DNA of 64,000 nt from an uncultured Opitutaceae bacterium (GTDB lineage: Bacteria > Verrucomicrobiota > Verrucomicrobiia > Opitutales > Opitutaceae): positions 3,171 to 67,170 of the forward strand of contig CBFHXU010000001.1 of the NCBI GenBank assembly GCA_965659875.1, read 5' to 3'. Each line of letters begins with the position of its first letter. The first letter of the stretch is position 1. The position numbers were made by a program, and so were the translations under genes. Below are positions 51,835 through 61,681 of this stretch, piece by piece. The notes beneath the pieces were generated by a model that saw nothing but the letters and a program-made list of their open reading frames with translations, did no database searches and was not told the DNA's origin.

Positions 51835-51857
51835 GGAGAAAGAGAAAGAAGAAAGAT
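51835..51857. repeat. Polypurine tract, solo copy between the gnd stop and its terminator
   Basis: ggagaaagagaaagaagaaagat is the same unit family as 173-209 and 5202-5236. Confidence 0.6.
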
Positions 51858-51884
51858 CCCGATCACTCTCTAATTCGGGTAGCC

Positions 51885-53387
51885 TCAGGCTTCGTATTGC
51901 GGACGTTTGGGGTCAGGCCAATCGACGTGGAAGAATTTACCACGAGGTTGATCCAGACGCTCATAAGTGTGGGCGCCGAAGTAGTCGCGTTGGGCTTGGA
52001 GCAGATTGGCCGGAAGGCGGGCGCTGCGGTAGCCGTCGTAGTAGGCGAGGGCACTGCTGAAGGTCGGGGCGGGAATGCCGTATTCGGCGGAGAGGGCCAC
52101 GACTTTACGCCAGCTGTCCTGGGCGTCCTGAATTGTTTTGTTGAAGTAAGGATCGAGCAGGAGGTTCGCCAACTTCTTGTCGCGTTGGTAGGCCTCGGTG
52201 ATCTTCTGTAAGAACGCCGCCCGGATGATGCAGCCACCGCGGAAAATTTGGGCGATCGCGCCGAAGTTGAGCTTCCAGTCATACTCATTCTGGGCTTCGC
52301 GCATGAGCTGGAACCCTTGGGCGTAGGAACAGATCTTCGAGCAGTAGAGCGCATCGTGGATAGCCGCGATGAGTGCCTTCTTTCCACCTTTGAATTTCTT
52401 CTTCGGTCCCTTGAGAATCTTCGAGGCGGCGACGCGTTCGTCTTTGACCGCCGAGAGGCAGCGGGAGAACACGGATTCTGCGATGGTGGGTGCCGCGATG
52501 CCCATGGAGAGCGCACTGTTGGCGGTCCATTTGCCGGTGCCTTTTTGACCGGCGGTATCGAGCACGACGTCGACAAACGCTTTGCGCGAAGCCGGGTCTT
52601 TTTGCTGCAGAATGTCGGCGGTGATTTCGACGAGGAAAGAATCGAGCGCACCCTTATTCCATTCTCCGAAGATTTCACCAATCTCTTTGGCTTTCAGGCC
52701 GAGCAGACCCTTCATCAGGTCATAGGCCTCACAGATCATCTGCATGTCACCATACTCAATGCCGTTGTGGACCATCTTGACGTAATGGCCGGCGCCGTTT
52801 TCGCCGATGTAAGTGGTGCAGGTTACGCCACCCTTAACCGGCTTGCCGGGAGCGGCGCCCTCGAGAGGTTTGCCGGTCTTGCGATCGACCTTGGCGGCGA
52901 TGGCCTTCCAGATCGGGGCGATTTCCTTGAAAGCAGCCTTGTCGCCACCGGGCATAAGGGAAGGACCGAAGCGGGCGCCTTCTTCACCGCCGGAAACGCC
53001 GGAACCGATGAAGCGCAGGCCCTTGGCCTTGAGTTCTTTCTCGCGGCGGATTGTATCCGTCCATAGCGCATTGCCGCCATCGATAATGATGTCGTTCTTG
53101 TCGAGCAGCGGGATGAGACCGTCTATCACGGCGTCCGTCGCCCGGCCGGCCTGGACCAAGATGATGATCTTGCGTGGCGACGAAAGCGACTTGACGAAAC
53201 CCTTGAGGGTCTTGCTGCCAACGAGTCCGCCCGGGGTGTCCGGATTGGCGTCGACGAAGGCTTCGGTTTTAGCCGTCGTGCGGTTGAAGACCGAGATCTT
53301 GAAACCGTGATCGGCAATATTGAGAGCGAGATTTTGACCCATTACGGCGAGGCCGATGAGTCCGATGTCTGATGGTGCTTTGGGCAT
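51885..53387 (-). CDS. gnd: 6-phosphogluconate dehydrogenase, decarboxylating
   Basis: [22 protein letters not shown] and a colinear Gnd sequence. ATG at 53387. Confidence 0.92.
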   Translation of the reverse strand: MPKAPSDIGLIGLAVMGQNLALNIADHGFKISVFNRTTAKTEAFVDANPDTPGGLVGSKTLKGFVKSLSSPRKIIILVQAGRATDAVIDGLIPLLDKNDIIIDGGNALWTDTIRREKELKAKGLRFIGSGVSGGEEGARFGPSLMPGGDKAAFKEIAPIWKAIAAKVDRKTGKPLEGAAPGKPVKGGVTCTTYIGENGAGHYVKMVHNGIEYGDMQMICEAYDLMKGLLGLKAKEIGEIFGEWNKGALDSFLVEITADILQQKDPASRKAFVDVVLDTAGQKGTGKWTANSALSMGIAAPTIAESVFSRCLSAVKDERVAASKILKGPKKKFKGGKKALIAAIHDALYCSKICSYAQGFQLMREAQNEYDWKLNFGAIAQIFRGGCIIRAAFLQKITEAYQRDKKLANLLLDPYFNKTIQDAQDSWRKVVALSAEYGIPAPTFSSALAYYDGYRSARLPANLLQAQRDYFGAHTYERLDQPRGKFFHVDWPDPKRPQYEA

Positions 53388-53400
53388 AGCGAGGGGTATG

Positions 53401-53456
53401 AATGACACAAATCGGGGGCGGATTACGACCACGAAATCCGCAAACGGATTGTCATT
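53401..53456. other. Nested hairpin between the small membrane gene and gnd
   Basis: Outer arms AATGACA/TGTCATT (53401-53407 / 53450-53456) and inner arms GCGGATT/AATCCGC (53418-53424 / 53435-53441). Confidence 0.35.
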
Positions 53457-53495
53457 TTACGAAATGGCTAAATGCGGAACGCCACCGGGGGCGGC

Positions 53496-53795
53496 CTAGA
53501 ACATGCCCTTACTGGGAAAGAAGGGAGCGATCAGATTTACATAAGGGGTCAGGAACCGGGGCTCATTTCGCTCCCAAATCCACTGGAAGCCCACGGTGGT
53601 GGTCGAGACGAGTATGATCATCGCCAGTATGACTTTATTCATCTGAGCAGCGTGACGGAGGAGCATGATGGCCAACCAGCCTCCTATGATGAATATGGCC
53701 GCATTGATCCAGAACCGTTGGGGAACGGCTTGGAGCTTCTCGAGAGTGGTAACGGCTAATAGTATGAGCATAATTACTTCGAAAAACAGTATCAC
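53496..53795 (-). CDS. Small membrane protein (about 3 TM segments)
   Basis: 99-aa hydrophobic ORF in a visibly more AT-rich stretch. No family recognised. Confidence 0.5.
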   Translation of the reverse strand: MILFFEVIMLILLAVTTLEKLQAVPQRFWINAAIFIIGGWLAIMLLRHAAQMNKVILAMIILVSTTTVGFQWIWERNEPRFLTPYVNLIAPFFPSKGMF

Positions 53796-53801
53796 CCTAA
53801 C

Positions 53802-54968
53802 ATGGCGGAGAAACGAGGAATTTTCGCGATTTTCAACTCTTTGACGCTTTATTTGCTAATCGCCGTTCGACTCGCCACGGTGTTGAGCATGGCCGAAGAG
53901 GCGCGTCCCCAGCTTAAAAAACCCAGTTTCCCCATCAACGAGCGCTTGTTGGACTATTTGCGTCGGTTCAAACGCGAGCGAACCTTGCCGGTGACTTATG
54001 ATAGGTTGAACGCTTTTGAGGAGTCGATTCCCCTGGTGGATGACAAGGGCGAGCCGACCTTGTGGGATAGTGTGATCTACAACCGATTGGAAATGGGTCC
54101 GCTGCACGAAGACCTGAAGCGGGTTTACGCTCTATTACGCACGGCTGGAGATACTTCGGTGCTGAAGCATGTTTACGTCGATCGCATCGACTACTGTTCG
54201 TTTGGCAATTCCCGCCCGTTTCGCATCCGGATTGTGAACGCCTACAACGACAACGCGGATCATTTCTACGTCAAGCGCGGCGATGCTTCCCGCGTCTACG
54301 GGCTCGAATTGGAGCATCTGTTGTCGCCGAACCGGATGAACTACTTCACCTGCGGCGATTCCCTGGTGGAGGAGCACGTCGCGGGTATCCCCGGCAATGT
54401 GTTTATCGACGATTGGTTGGGGTCGGACCGAGCCGAACTCAACCCCGTGCGGGTGGCCAAGGAATTGGTGAAGTTTAACGAGCGGTGTTTCATCCGACTG
54501 CTCGGTGACATGCGCAGTTACAATTTCGTGATGGTGGTGACACCGGATTTTGAAGGCGCCCAATTACGCCTCCGCGCGATGGACTTCGATCAACAAAGTT
54601 ACGAAGGCCGCCTCAATTTTTATCGCCCGCAGTTCTTTCCGGAGAATCGATCCTTCGCGCTCTTTTGTGTGGAGCATCTCCGGCCGGAAACCGCCCAGCA
54701 GTATCAGCGGGAGGAGCAGGTGGCCATTTTGAATCGGGCGGCGGTGACGGAAGAAAAACTCGGCGCGATCCTCGGCGCGATGGCGTTGGACAGTATTGCA
54801 CCGCCCGAGCACCGGGCGGAGCTCAAGCAGGCGCTCGCCGATCATTTCAAGCGGGATGCCTACCTGAGGTGCAATACGATGGGTGAACTCGTGCGCGAGA
54901 ACCTGGAGTCGATCCGGATCAGCGCGGCGTCACAGCCTTCCGGCACGCGTGGTCCCATTTTGGAGTAG
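53802..54968 (+). CDS. Hypothetical protein, possibly an atypical kinase-like fold
   Basis: 388-aa ORF; LGDMRSYNFVM and RAMDFDQ resemble catalytic/DFG-like loops. No family recognised. Alternative ATG at 53889. Confidence 0.6.
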   Translation: MAEKRGIFAIFNSLTLYLLIAVRLATVLSMAEEARPQLKKPSFPINERLLDYLRRFKRERTLPVTYDRLNAFEESIPLVDDKGEPTLWDSVIYNRLEMGPLHEDLKRVYALLRTAGDTSVLKHVYVDRIDYCSFGNSRPFRIRIVNAYNDNADHFYVKRGDASRVYGLELEHLLSPNRMNYFTCGDSLVEEHVAGIPGNVFIDDWLGSDRAELNPVRVAKELVKFNERCFIRLLGDMRSYNFVMVVTPDFEGAQLRLRAMDFDQQSYEGRLNFYRPQFFPENRSFALFCVEHLRPETAQQYQREEQVAILNRAAVTEEKLGAILGAMALDSIAPPEHRAELKQALADHFKRDAYLRCNTMGELVRENLESIRISAASQPSGTRGPILE

Positions 54969-55014
54969 TGGACCCACGCGCCCGAACACGGGGCGATTGA
55001 GAGTCTCGGCCCGA

Positions 55015-56436
55015 TCAGTCCTCGGCCATGGCCTTGAACTCGCTGACGACGCCTTGCAGCGAGGCCTTCGCGTCGCCGTAGAGCATGCGGGTGTTTTCCA
55101 GGAGGAAGAGTTGGTTTTCGATGCCGGAGAAACCGGCGCCTTTGCCGCGTTTGAGGCAGATGACGGTATTGGCTTCGTGGGCATTAATGATGGGCATGCC
55201 GTAGATCGGTGAGCTCTTGTCGCGGGCGGCGGCAGGATTCACCACATCGTTGGCGCCGATCACGATGGCGACGTCCATCATGGGCATCTGCGGATTAATG
55301 GAATCCATCTCCACGAGCTGCTCGTAGGGCACGTTGGCTTCAGCCAGGAGCACATTCATGTGGCCGGGCATACGGCCGGCGACCGGGTGGATGGCGAAGC
55401 GCACCTCCGCGCCGTTGTTCTCGAGCATTTCGGCGAGCTCCCGCACCACGTGTTGAGCTTGCGAAACGGCCATGCCGTAACCGGGAACGACAACCACGTT
55501 GCGAGCCGCTTCGAGCACCGCGAAGCTGTCTTCGGCGGAGATGGGTTTGAGCTCACCTTTGATTTGGCCTTCGCTGTCGCCACCCGCCGCGGCGGTGGCG
55601 TCGGAACCGAAGCCGGAGAACAGCACGTTCGCGAGGGAGCGGTTCATCGCCTTACACATGATGATAGTAAGAATGACACCGCTGGTGCCGACCAAACAAC
55701 CGGCCACGATGAGCACGTTGTTGGTGATCACAAAACCGGCCGCACAGGCGGCGAGTCCCGACAGGCTGTTGAGCATGGAAATGACGACCGGCATGTCGCC
55801 GCCGCCGATGGGCATGACGAGCGTGATACCGAGGATGAACGCGATCGCGAGGCAGGCGTAAAACGCGTTGCCGCCGATGTCGCCGGCACCGCCATGGATG
55901 ACGTAAACCACCCCGGCGGCGATGAGTCCGAGTACGAGGGCACCGTTAACAAATTGTTGGCCACTGAACATCACGGGTTTGCCGCTCAGTTTGCCGGACA
56001 ATTTACCGAAGGCATAGAGCGACCCGGTGAAGGTTACGCCGCCAATCAATACGGCGAGGACGATGACGGTTCCCGTAAAGGTCGAGCTGGTCGAACCCGC
56101 GGCGAGAAACTTGCCATATTCAGCCCAACCCACGAGCAACGAAGCCAGACCGCCGAAGCCGTTGAGCAGTGCCACCATCTCGGGGATGGACGTCATTTTG
56201 ATGAGGCGCGCACACGCGATGCCGATGACGGCGCCGATGCCCACGCCGACTACCATCCATTGGAAACTCACGATTTCGCGGGCGAAGAGCGTCACGACCA
56301 CCGCGATCAACATACCCAGCGAGGAGATCATGTTGCCACGTCGGGCGGTCGTCTGCCGACCGAGCATCTTCAACCCCATAATGAATAGGATCGAGGCGAC
56401 GATGTAAGAAAAGTTGATGAGGGTTTCGGCGTTCAT
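55015..56436 (-). CDS. pntB: NAD(P) transhydrogenase subunit beta
   Basis: Multi-TM N-terminal region plus the C-terminal NADP(H)-binding domain (VPGYGMAVSQAQH, GANDVVNPAA). Confidence 0.92.
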   Translation of the reverse strand: MNAETLINFSYIVASILFIMGLKMLGRQTTARRGNMISSLGMLIAVVVTLFAREIVSFQWMVVGVGIGAVIGIACARLIKMTSIPEMVALLNGFGGLASLLVGWAEYGKFLAAGSTSSTFTGTVIVLAVLIGGVTFTGSLYAFGKLSGKLSGKPVMFSGQQFVNGALVLGLIAAGVVYVIHGGAGDIGGNAFYACLAIAFILGITLVMPIGGGDMPVVISMLNSLSGLAACAAGFVITNNVLIVAGCLVGTSGVILTIIMCKAMNRSLANVLFSGFGSDATAAAGGDSEGQIKGELKPISAEDSFAVLEAARNVVVVPGYGMAVSQAQHVVRELAEMLENNGAEVRFAIHPVAGRMPGHMNVLLAEANVPYEQLVEMDSINPQMPMMDVAIVIGANDVVNPAAARDKSSPIYGMPIINAHEANTVICLKRGKGAGFSGIENQLFLLENTRMLYGDAKASLQGVVSEFKAMAED

Positions 56437-56741
56437 TGTCCGCCCTCCTCTTTCTTCGCCGCGCCCTTTTTCTTGAACATGGCGAGCATGCGATCGGTGA
56501 CGAGGTAGCCGCCGATTACGTTGATGGTGGCGAGAGCAACCGCGGTCGTGCCGAGCACGGTGGTGAGGGCCGAACCGTCATCCGCGCCGGCGGCGAGCAG
56601 GGCGCCCACGATGGTGATGCCGGAGATCGCATTGGACCCCGACATGAGCGGGGTGTGGAGTTGAGAAGGCACCTTCGCGATGAGCTCGAAACCGAGAAAA
56701 CCGGCGAGCACGAAGATGAAAAGCAGAAGCATTAATTCCAT
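56433..56741 (-). CDS. pntAB: NAD(P) transhydrogenase subunit alpha, part 2 (membrane)
   Basis: 102-aa, 3-TM protein. ATGA overlap with pntB. Confidence 0.88.
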   Translation of the reverse strand: MELMLLLFIFVLAGFLGFELIAKVPSQLHTPLMSGSNAISGITIVGALLAAGADDGSALTTVLGTTAVALATINVIGGYLVTDRMLAMFKKKGAAKKEEGGQ

Positions 56742-56753
56742 GATGCAAAAAGT

Positions 56754-57905
56754 TTAGCTGTCAGCGGAGTCGGCGGGTTGAGGGACGAATCGTTCGTGCA
56801 CAATCGCGCCGTCGTGGGTGATGAGACAGCCCTGGAGAATCTCGTCTTCGCGATCGAGTTTGAGAGACTTGGATTCTTCGTCCCAGAAGTGGGTGATCCA
56901 AGCGGCAAAGTTGGCGGCGAGTACTTGAGAGGCGTGGGTGGCGACGGTGTTTTCCAGCGAAGTATCACCGAGAATAGTCACTCCATTTTCAGTGGTGGTA
57001 TCCTCGCCCGGAACGGCACCTTCGACGTTGCCCCCGGTTTCGAGGGCCATGTCGACGATCACGCTGCCAGCCTTCATGCCAGCAACCATATCGGCAGTCA
57101 TCAAAATCGGAGCTTTGCGCCCAAACACCTTGGCGGTGGTGATGACGATGTCGGCTTGCGCGCAGATCTTGGCCATCCCCGCCTGTTGTTTGGCAATTTG
57201 TTCAGGGGTGAGTTGTTTGGCGTAGCCGCCGGCGGTTTGGCCGGTATCACCGAGGTCGATTTTTACGAAGCGCGCGCCGAGGGACTTCACCTGCTCTTCA
57301 ACCACCGGACGGGTATCGAAAGCTTCGATGCGGGCTCCGAGGCGTTTGGCGGTAGCAATGGCCTGAAGACCGGCGACGCCGGCGCCGATTACAAAAACGC
57401 GGGATGGCATGATGGTGCCGGCAGGCGTCATCATCATGGGCAGCGCCCTGCGCAGGCGGGCGGCGGCCTGCATCACGGCAGCGTAGCCAGCGAGCGAGGC
57501 CTGCGAACTGAGGGCGTCCATTTTCTGCGCCAACGTAGTGCGGGGAATCATTTCCAGGCTCACGGCACTGACGCTCGCTTGGGCGAAATCGTTCAGCAGA
57601 TCGGATTCGTTGAAGGGGTCGAGGAAGCTCAAGTGCAACGCACCGGGTTTGAGTTTCGCGACATCGTCGGCTGAAGGCTTGCGCACGCGCAGGACGAGAT
57701 CGGCCTCAGCAAGGGCGGCGGCGGAATCCGCGACCAGCTCAACGCCGGCTTTGGCGTAGTCTTCGTCGAGATATCGACTGGGCGAGCCGAGGCCGGGTTC
57801 AGCTTTGACCGTTAGGCCGAGCTTCACCATCGCGGCAGCGGTCGTGGGAGTGAGGGCGGTGCGGAGCTCACCAGGAGCGGTTTCCGCCGGAACGTAGCAT
57901 ATCAT
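56754..57905 (-). CDS. pntAA: NAD(P) transhydrogenase subunit alpha, part 1
   Basis: Alanine-dehydrogenase/PNT fold with VFVIGAGVAGLQAIATAKRLGA. Confidence 0.9.
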   Translation of the reverse strand: MICYVPAETAPGELRTALTPTTAAAMVKLGLTVKAEPGLGSPSRYLDEDYAKAGVELVADSAAALAEADLVLRVRKPSADDVAKLKPGALHLSFLDPFNESDLLNDFAQASVSAVSLEMIPRTTLAQKMDALSSQASLAGYAAVMQAAARLRRALPMMMTPAGTIMPSRVFVIGAGVAGLQAIATAKRLGARIEAFDTRPVVEEQVKSLGARFVKIDLGDTGQTAGGYAKQLTPEQIAKQQAGMAKICAQADIVITTAKVFGRKAPILMTADMVAGMKAGSVIVDMALETGGNVEGAVPGEDTTTENGVTILGDTSLENTVATHASQVLAANFAAWITHFWDEESKSLKLDREDEILQGCLITHDGAIVHERFVPQPADSADS

Positions 57906-58014
57906 GGAAAGGAAAGAAGGAGGGGTTTATACCGGAATCACGTTCCGGGATGAGATGAGTGAAGACAGAGGAATGACTTGGGACAATTACGGATTCACCG
58001 GAAGTGGACCCAGA

Positions 58015-58707
58015 TCATGAAGTTGTTCCGGCGATCACATGGGTGAGGGTTTGCAAGAAAGAGTCGGGCTGGAGGTCCCGCACCACCCATTTGGCCCCTG
58101 CCTCGGCCAGCCGGGCGTGTTTTGCCCCGGTGCCGATGAACGGGATGCCGAGCGCTTTGGTGGCCCGAAGATCCCACAGGCCATCGCCCACGTAGATGGC
58201 TTCATTGGTGGATCGGTTTGCCCGTTCGGCGGCCAGAGAGATGATTTGGGCGCGGGTATCGCGGTCGGAACTCGTGGCCATCGGGAGGTCCTGCCACGGA
58301 ATGCCGGCGGCATTCAGTTTGAGAGCGATGGAGTCCTTCCAGTCACCGGTGGCAATCGCGCATCCGTAGCCCAGTTCCTTGAGTTGAGGCAGCAATTCGC
58401 AAGCCCCGGCGGTGGCCGGAAAGGCTTCGGGGTGAACGTCGATTTCGGCGGCCAGCCGACGCCGATAGCCGTCGGCTACCGCGGTGATGGTTGCTTCCAG
58501 TTGGGTATCCGACAGATCAGGTCGCGCCTGCTGAACAATAGAGGTCGCATTGACCTCAGTGATCCGGTCGAAAAACCCCTTCTCAAACGGAGTACCGGTT
58601 ACTTCGAGAAAGGCATCTTCAAACGAGCTCCAGTCGTAGGACTCGCCCCCCAGAAGGGTACCGTCGACGTCGAATATTATCAGAGGTTTGGCAGAGGGAC
58701 TGGACAT
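58015..58707 (-). CDS. HAD-superfamily hydrolase
   Basis: Motif I IIFDVDGTLL and motif IV YVGDGLWD. ATG at 58707. Confidence 0.75.
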   Translation of the reverse strand: MSSPSAKPLIIFDVDGTLLGGESYDWSSFEDAFLEVTGTPFEKGFFDRITEVNATSIVQQARPDLSDTQLEATITAVADGYRRRLAAEIDVHPEAFPATAGACELLPQLKELGYGCAIATGDWKDSIALKLNAAGIPWQDLPMATSSDRDTRAQIISLAAERANRSTNEAIYVGDGLWDLRATKALGIPFIGTGAKHARLAEAGAKWVVRDLQPDSFLQTLTHVIAGTTS

Positions 58708-58852
58708 AAAAGGCGTCACGCTAGCGCGACGAAATCGGTGAGGAAAGAGACAATCTCCCTCTTCGAGTGAACGCGAGGTATCGAATTGTCAGTAGTGCGA
58801 ATGCGGAAGTTTTGTTACAATGTGAGATTGTAACGGAAATCCGCCGGCGCAA

Positions 58853-59320
58853 CTAGTCCCCACGAGGCGCCGAGACACCGGTCCCGCCGTCGGCAAAGTC
58901 ACCCTTGGTCGCGCAGTTGATCCAAGCGGATGCGCCCGCGACATAGTGCTCTTTTTTCCAGATGGGCACGCGGGCTTTGAGCTCGTCGATGATGAAGCGG
59001 CAGGCATCAAACGCGGGACCGCGATGCGCGGAGGCGACACCCACCCACACGGCCATGTCGCCGATCTTGAGATGGCCGACGCGATGCACGGCCTCGGCGG
59101 CGAGCAGCTCGAATTTATCGCGAGCCTCGGCGAGGATACGGTTGCCTTCGGCTTCCGCGAGTTCCGCGTAAGCCTCATACTCCAGCGACGCGACGGCCTG
59201 CCCCTCGTTGTGATTGCGCACCCATCCTTCAAAGGTGGCGCAGGCACCGGCCTGCTCGTGATGCAGGGTGTTCGCTAGTTCTCCGGCGGCAATGGTTTGA
59301 GCGGTGATTTTAAATTGCAT
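58853..59320 (-). CDS. moaE: Molybdopterin synthase catalytic subunit
   Basis: MoaE-like sequence (FEGWVRNHNEGQ ... PIWKKEHY). Confidence 0.88.
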   Translation of the reverse strand: MQFKITAQTIAAGELANTLHHEQAGACATFEGWVRNHNEGQAVASLEYEAYAELAEAEGNRILAEARDKFELLAAEAVHRVGHLKIGDMAVWVGVASAHRGPAFDACRFIIDELKARVPIWKKEHYVAGASAWINCATKGDFADGGTGVSAPRGD

Positions 59321-59329
59321 CACTTCGAA

Positions 59330-59572
59330 TCACCCGCCGGCGACGGGAGGAATGAAGACGACCTCATCGCCTTCGTTCAGGGGGGCGGGCCAGGGTTGAA
59401 ATTCGCCGTTTACGGCCGCGCGGAGGCGATCGACGGGGAGGGTGAAGCCGTGCTGGGGTTGCAGCTCCTCGTAGAGCGTTTGGGCATCGGGGGCGTCGGT
59501 GTTAAGCGACTCTTCGGCCTCGCCGCGTTGTTCGCGCAGGATGGCGAAATATTTAACCGTGATCGATTTCAT
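59330..59572 (-). CDS. moaD: Molybdopterin synthase sulfur-carrier subunit
   Basis: 80 aa ending in the PPVAGG di-glycine. Confidence 0.85.
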   Translation of the reverse strand: MKSITVKYFAILREQRGEAEESLNTDAPDAQTLYEELQPQHGFTLPVDRLRAAVNGEFQPWPAPLNEGDEVVFIPPVAGG

Positions 59573-60057
59573 GCGTCGCTTTGGTAGTCGGATTTCCCGC
59601 CGGTTTTGGCGATGAGCCGGGTGTCGCGGATAACGATATTCTTGGTGACGGCTTTACCCATGTCGTAGAGGGTCAACGCCGCGACGGTGGCACCCGTCAA
59701 GGCTTCCATTTCGGCGCCTGTTTTGGCCGTCACGGCGACGTGGCAATGCACCTCGATTTCGACCGATCCGTCGGCCGCGACTTCGCGCGGTTGCAGGTTC
59801 ACGTTGCAGTCTTCCATCGGCAGGGGGTGGCAGAGTGGAATCAGTTCACTGGTGCGTTTGGCCGCCATGACCCCCGCGAGACTCGCAGTCTGAAAGATGG
59901 GTCCCTTGGGACCTACGATTTCAGCACCTTCGAGCAGCTGCGCCAGCGGCGGCGGTAGCTGTACGAGGGCCATGGCGTGCGCGGTGCGACGCGTGATGGC
60001 TTTGGCGCCGACGTCGACCATGCGGGGTTGGTTGTTTTTATCGATATGCGAGAGCAC
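59569..60057 (-). CDS. moaC: Cyclic pyranopterin monophosphate synthase
   Basis: MVDVGAK ... IPLCHPLP ... GVEMEALT-like motifs. GTG start; ATGA overlap with moaD. Confidence 0.9.
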   Translation of the reverse strand: MLSHIDKNNQPRMVDVGAKAITRRTAHAMALVQLPPPLAQLLEGAEIVGPKGPIFQTASLAGVMAAKRTSELIPLCHPLPMEDCNVNLQPREVAADGSVEIEVHCHVAVTAKTGAEMEALTGATVAALTLYDMGKAVTKNIVIRDTRLIAKTGGKSDYQSDA

Positions 60058-60106
60058 TTTTTGAAATAACGATTTTGGACTTACGACTTACGATTGCGCG
60101 GCTGGT

Positions 60107-61321
60107 TCAGATCCAACGCCACAGCGGGGCGGAGTAGCCGGCGGGGAATTCAGTTTGATCGGCAGGGAGTTCGATGAAGCCGTCTGTATTCAACAGGCCG
60201 CCGAGGTCCCCCGAGGTATTGAACTTGGCGGGTTGCGCGACGAGCTGACCATCAGATTTCGACGTAATTTTCACGGGCAGCATGAATGCCAGCGGTCGAT
60301 CAAACGTGAAGGCGGTGGCGAGGGTTACGGTTTGAGGCGTAGCGGTATCCGCCGCGCTCATCTGGCGCAGGGCGGGCATCACGTAGCGGTGCAGGCAGGT
60401 ATAGGTGGAAACCGGGTTGCCGGGGAGGGCGAAGATGGGGGTGTTGCGCGGGGTGGTGCCAAACCAGAGGGGTTTGCCGGGACGTTGAGCGACACCGCGT
60501 AACCGCTCGGTGGCCCCGAGCTCGGCGAGCACTTCAGGCACGTGGTCCTTTTTGCCTTTGGAGACGCCTCCGGTGAGAATCACGACGTCGAATTTGGCGA
60601 GAATATGACGGAGGCTGGTCTCAATTTCGGTGCGATGGTCGCGCAGGTGAAAACGTTCGATGTGTCCGGTTAGGTTGCTCTGAGCGAGGGCGGCTCGCAT
60701 CGCGTAGTCGTTGGATTTGCGGATCTGATGCGGAGCGATTTGTGGTGTGCCGACGTCGATCAATTCGTCCCCCGTCGCGATCACGGCAACACTGGGGCGG
60801 GCGGAAACCTGCACGCGAGCGCAGCCGGTGCTGGCCGCTACCGCAATTTCGCGGCCGGTCAACATGACGCCGGCAGATACGAGTGCTTGGCCGGCGGGGC
60901 AATCGGAACCGCAGCGATGAATGTTTTGGCCGGCGACACAGGGGGCGCCGTCCCGGAGCCGAATCTGGTCACCATCGCGGACGATGTCCTCGTAGGGCAC
61001 GATGGCATCGGCGCCGTCGCTGAGCATGGCTCCCGTGGCGATTTCGATCGCGGAGGCGGGAGCATCCAAGGTGCGGGCGATCATGCCGGCAGCCTGGAAA
61101 CCGGTGACGGCGAGAGGAATCGTCGGGTCTGTGGTCCAGTCGGTGGCTTGGACGGCGTATCCGTCCATGGTGACCCGATCGAAGGCGGGCATGGGCCGAT
61201 CTGCGACGATGGGCGCGCGGAGAATACGACCGTGGGCGTGTTCGATACCACAGTCCTCGATGGGCATTTTGGGCAAATACCGGGCGATGGTGGCGGAGGC
61301 TTCGGCGGGGCTGGATAGCAT
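60107..61321 (-). CDS. moeA: Molybdopterin molybdenumtransferase
   Basis: MoeA domains (DVVILTGGVSKG, LPGNPVS). Confidence 0.88.
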   Translation of the reverse strand: MLSSPAEASATIARYLPKMPIEDCGIEHAHGRILRAPIVADRPMPAFDRVTMDGYAVQATDWTTDPTIPLAVTGFQAAGMIARTLDAPASAIEIATGAMLSDGADAIVPYEDIVRDGDQIRLRDGAPCVAGQNIHRCGSDCPAGQALVSAGVMLTGREIAVAASTGCARVQVSARPSVAVIATGDELIDVGTPQIAPHQIRKSNDYAMRAALAQSNLTGHIERFHLRDHRTEIETSLRHILAKFDVVILTGGVSKGKKDHVPEVLAELGATERLRGVAQRPGKPLWFGTTPRNTPIFALPGNPVSTYTCLHRYVMPALRQMSAADTATPQTVTLATAFTFDRPLAFMLPVKITSKSDGQLVAQPAKFNTSGDLGGLLNTDGFIELPADQTEFPAGYSAPLWRWI

Positions 61322-61463
61322 GGTCGAGGGGGCAGTGTTGGTTTTTAACGCGGAGCGGCAACCTCGCGTTGGTCCTTGGCGGGGATATTTTACAAGAGGG
61401 AGCGGCGGAGAGCAGAGTTTATCCGCCTAAGGCGTGGCCGTCAGATGGTTGGTTTCACAGAAG

Positions 61464-61499
61464 TTTACCTGCCTCCGGCAGCGCCATAGGCGACCAGGG
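61464..61499. repeat. Second copy of the 36-nt palindromic module (tttacct GCCTCCGGC AGC GCCATAGGC gaccaggg)
   Basis: The flanks and centre match 41243-41278. The two GCC-NNN-GGC loop triplets are exchanged and complemented (TAT/GGA versus TCC/ATA). Confidence 0.7.
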
Positions 61500-61681
61500 G
61501 CAACGAAGAGAACGAAGGTTACGGACCACGACGTGAATCCATGCGGCCGACGCCTGACCTCATGCGGGTCCTCTGTTTCCTTTTGTGAAAAATCAGCGTC
61601 GGGATGGGCGGGGTAAGGCAGGGTGGAATTTCGGCGGCGCGGGATTGTGTAAGAAGGGAAACGTATGTGGAGTAAGGTCGC

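Noticed and set aside
57932-57948. Palindrome CCGGAA-TCACG-TTCCGG upstream of pntAA as another operator of the locus motif
   Set aside because: The spacing differs from the GTAAC-N-GTTNC sites (13-nt versus 11-nt core) and it lies outside the carbohydrate locus. It may be a weak terminator of the HAD gene or an unrelated site.
61322-61681. Possible Moco riboswitch in the 360-bp moeA/moaA divergent region
   Set aside because: I could not find the conserved Moco-motif elements I remember (a CUCCGAG-type segment and a terminal AAAGG-type segment). Much of the spacer is the 36-nt repeat module and related repeats. A covariance-model search (Rfam Moco_RNA_motif) would settle this.
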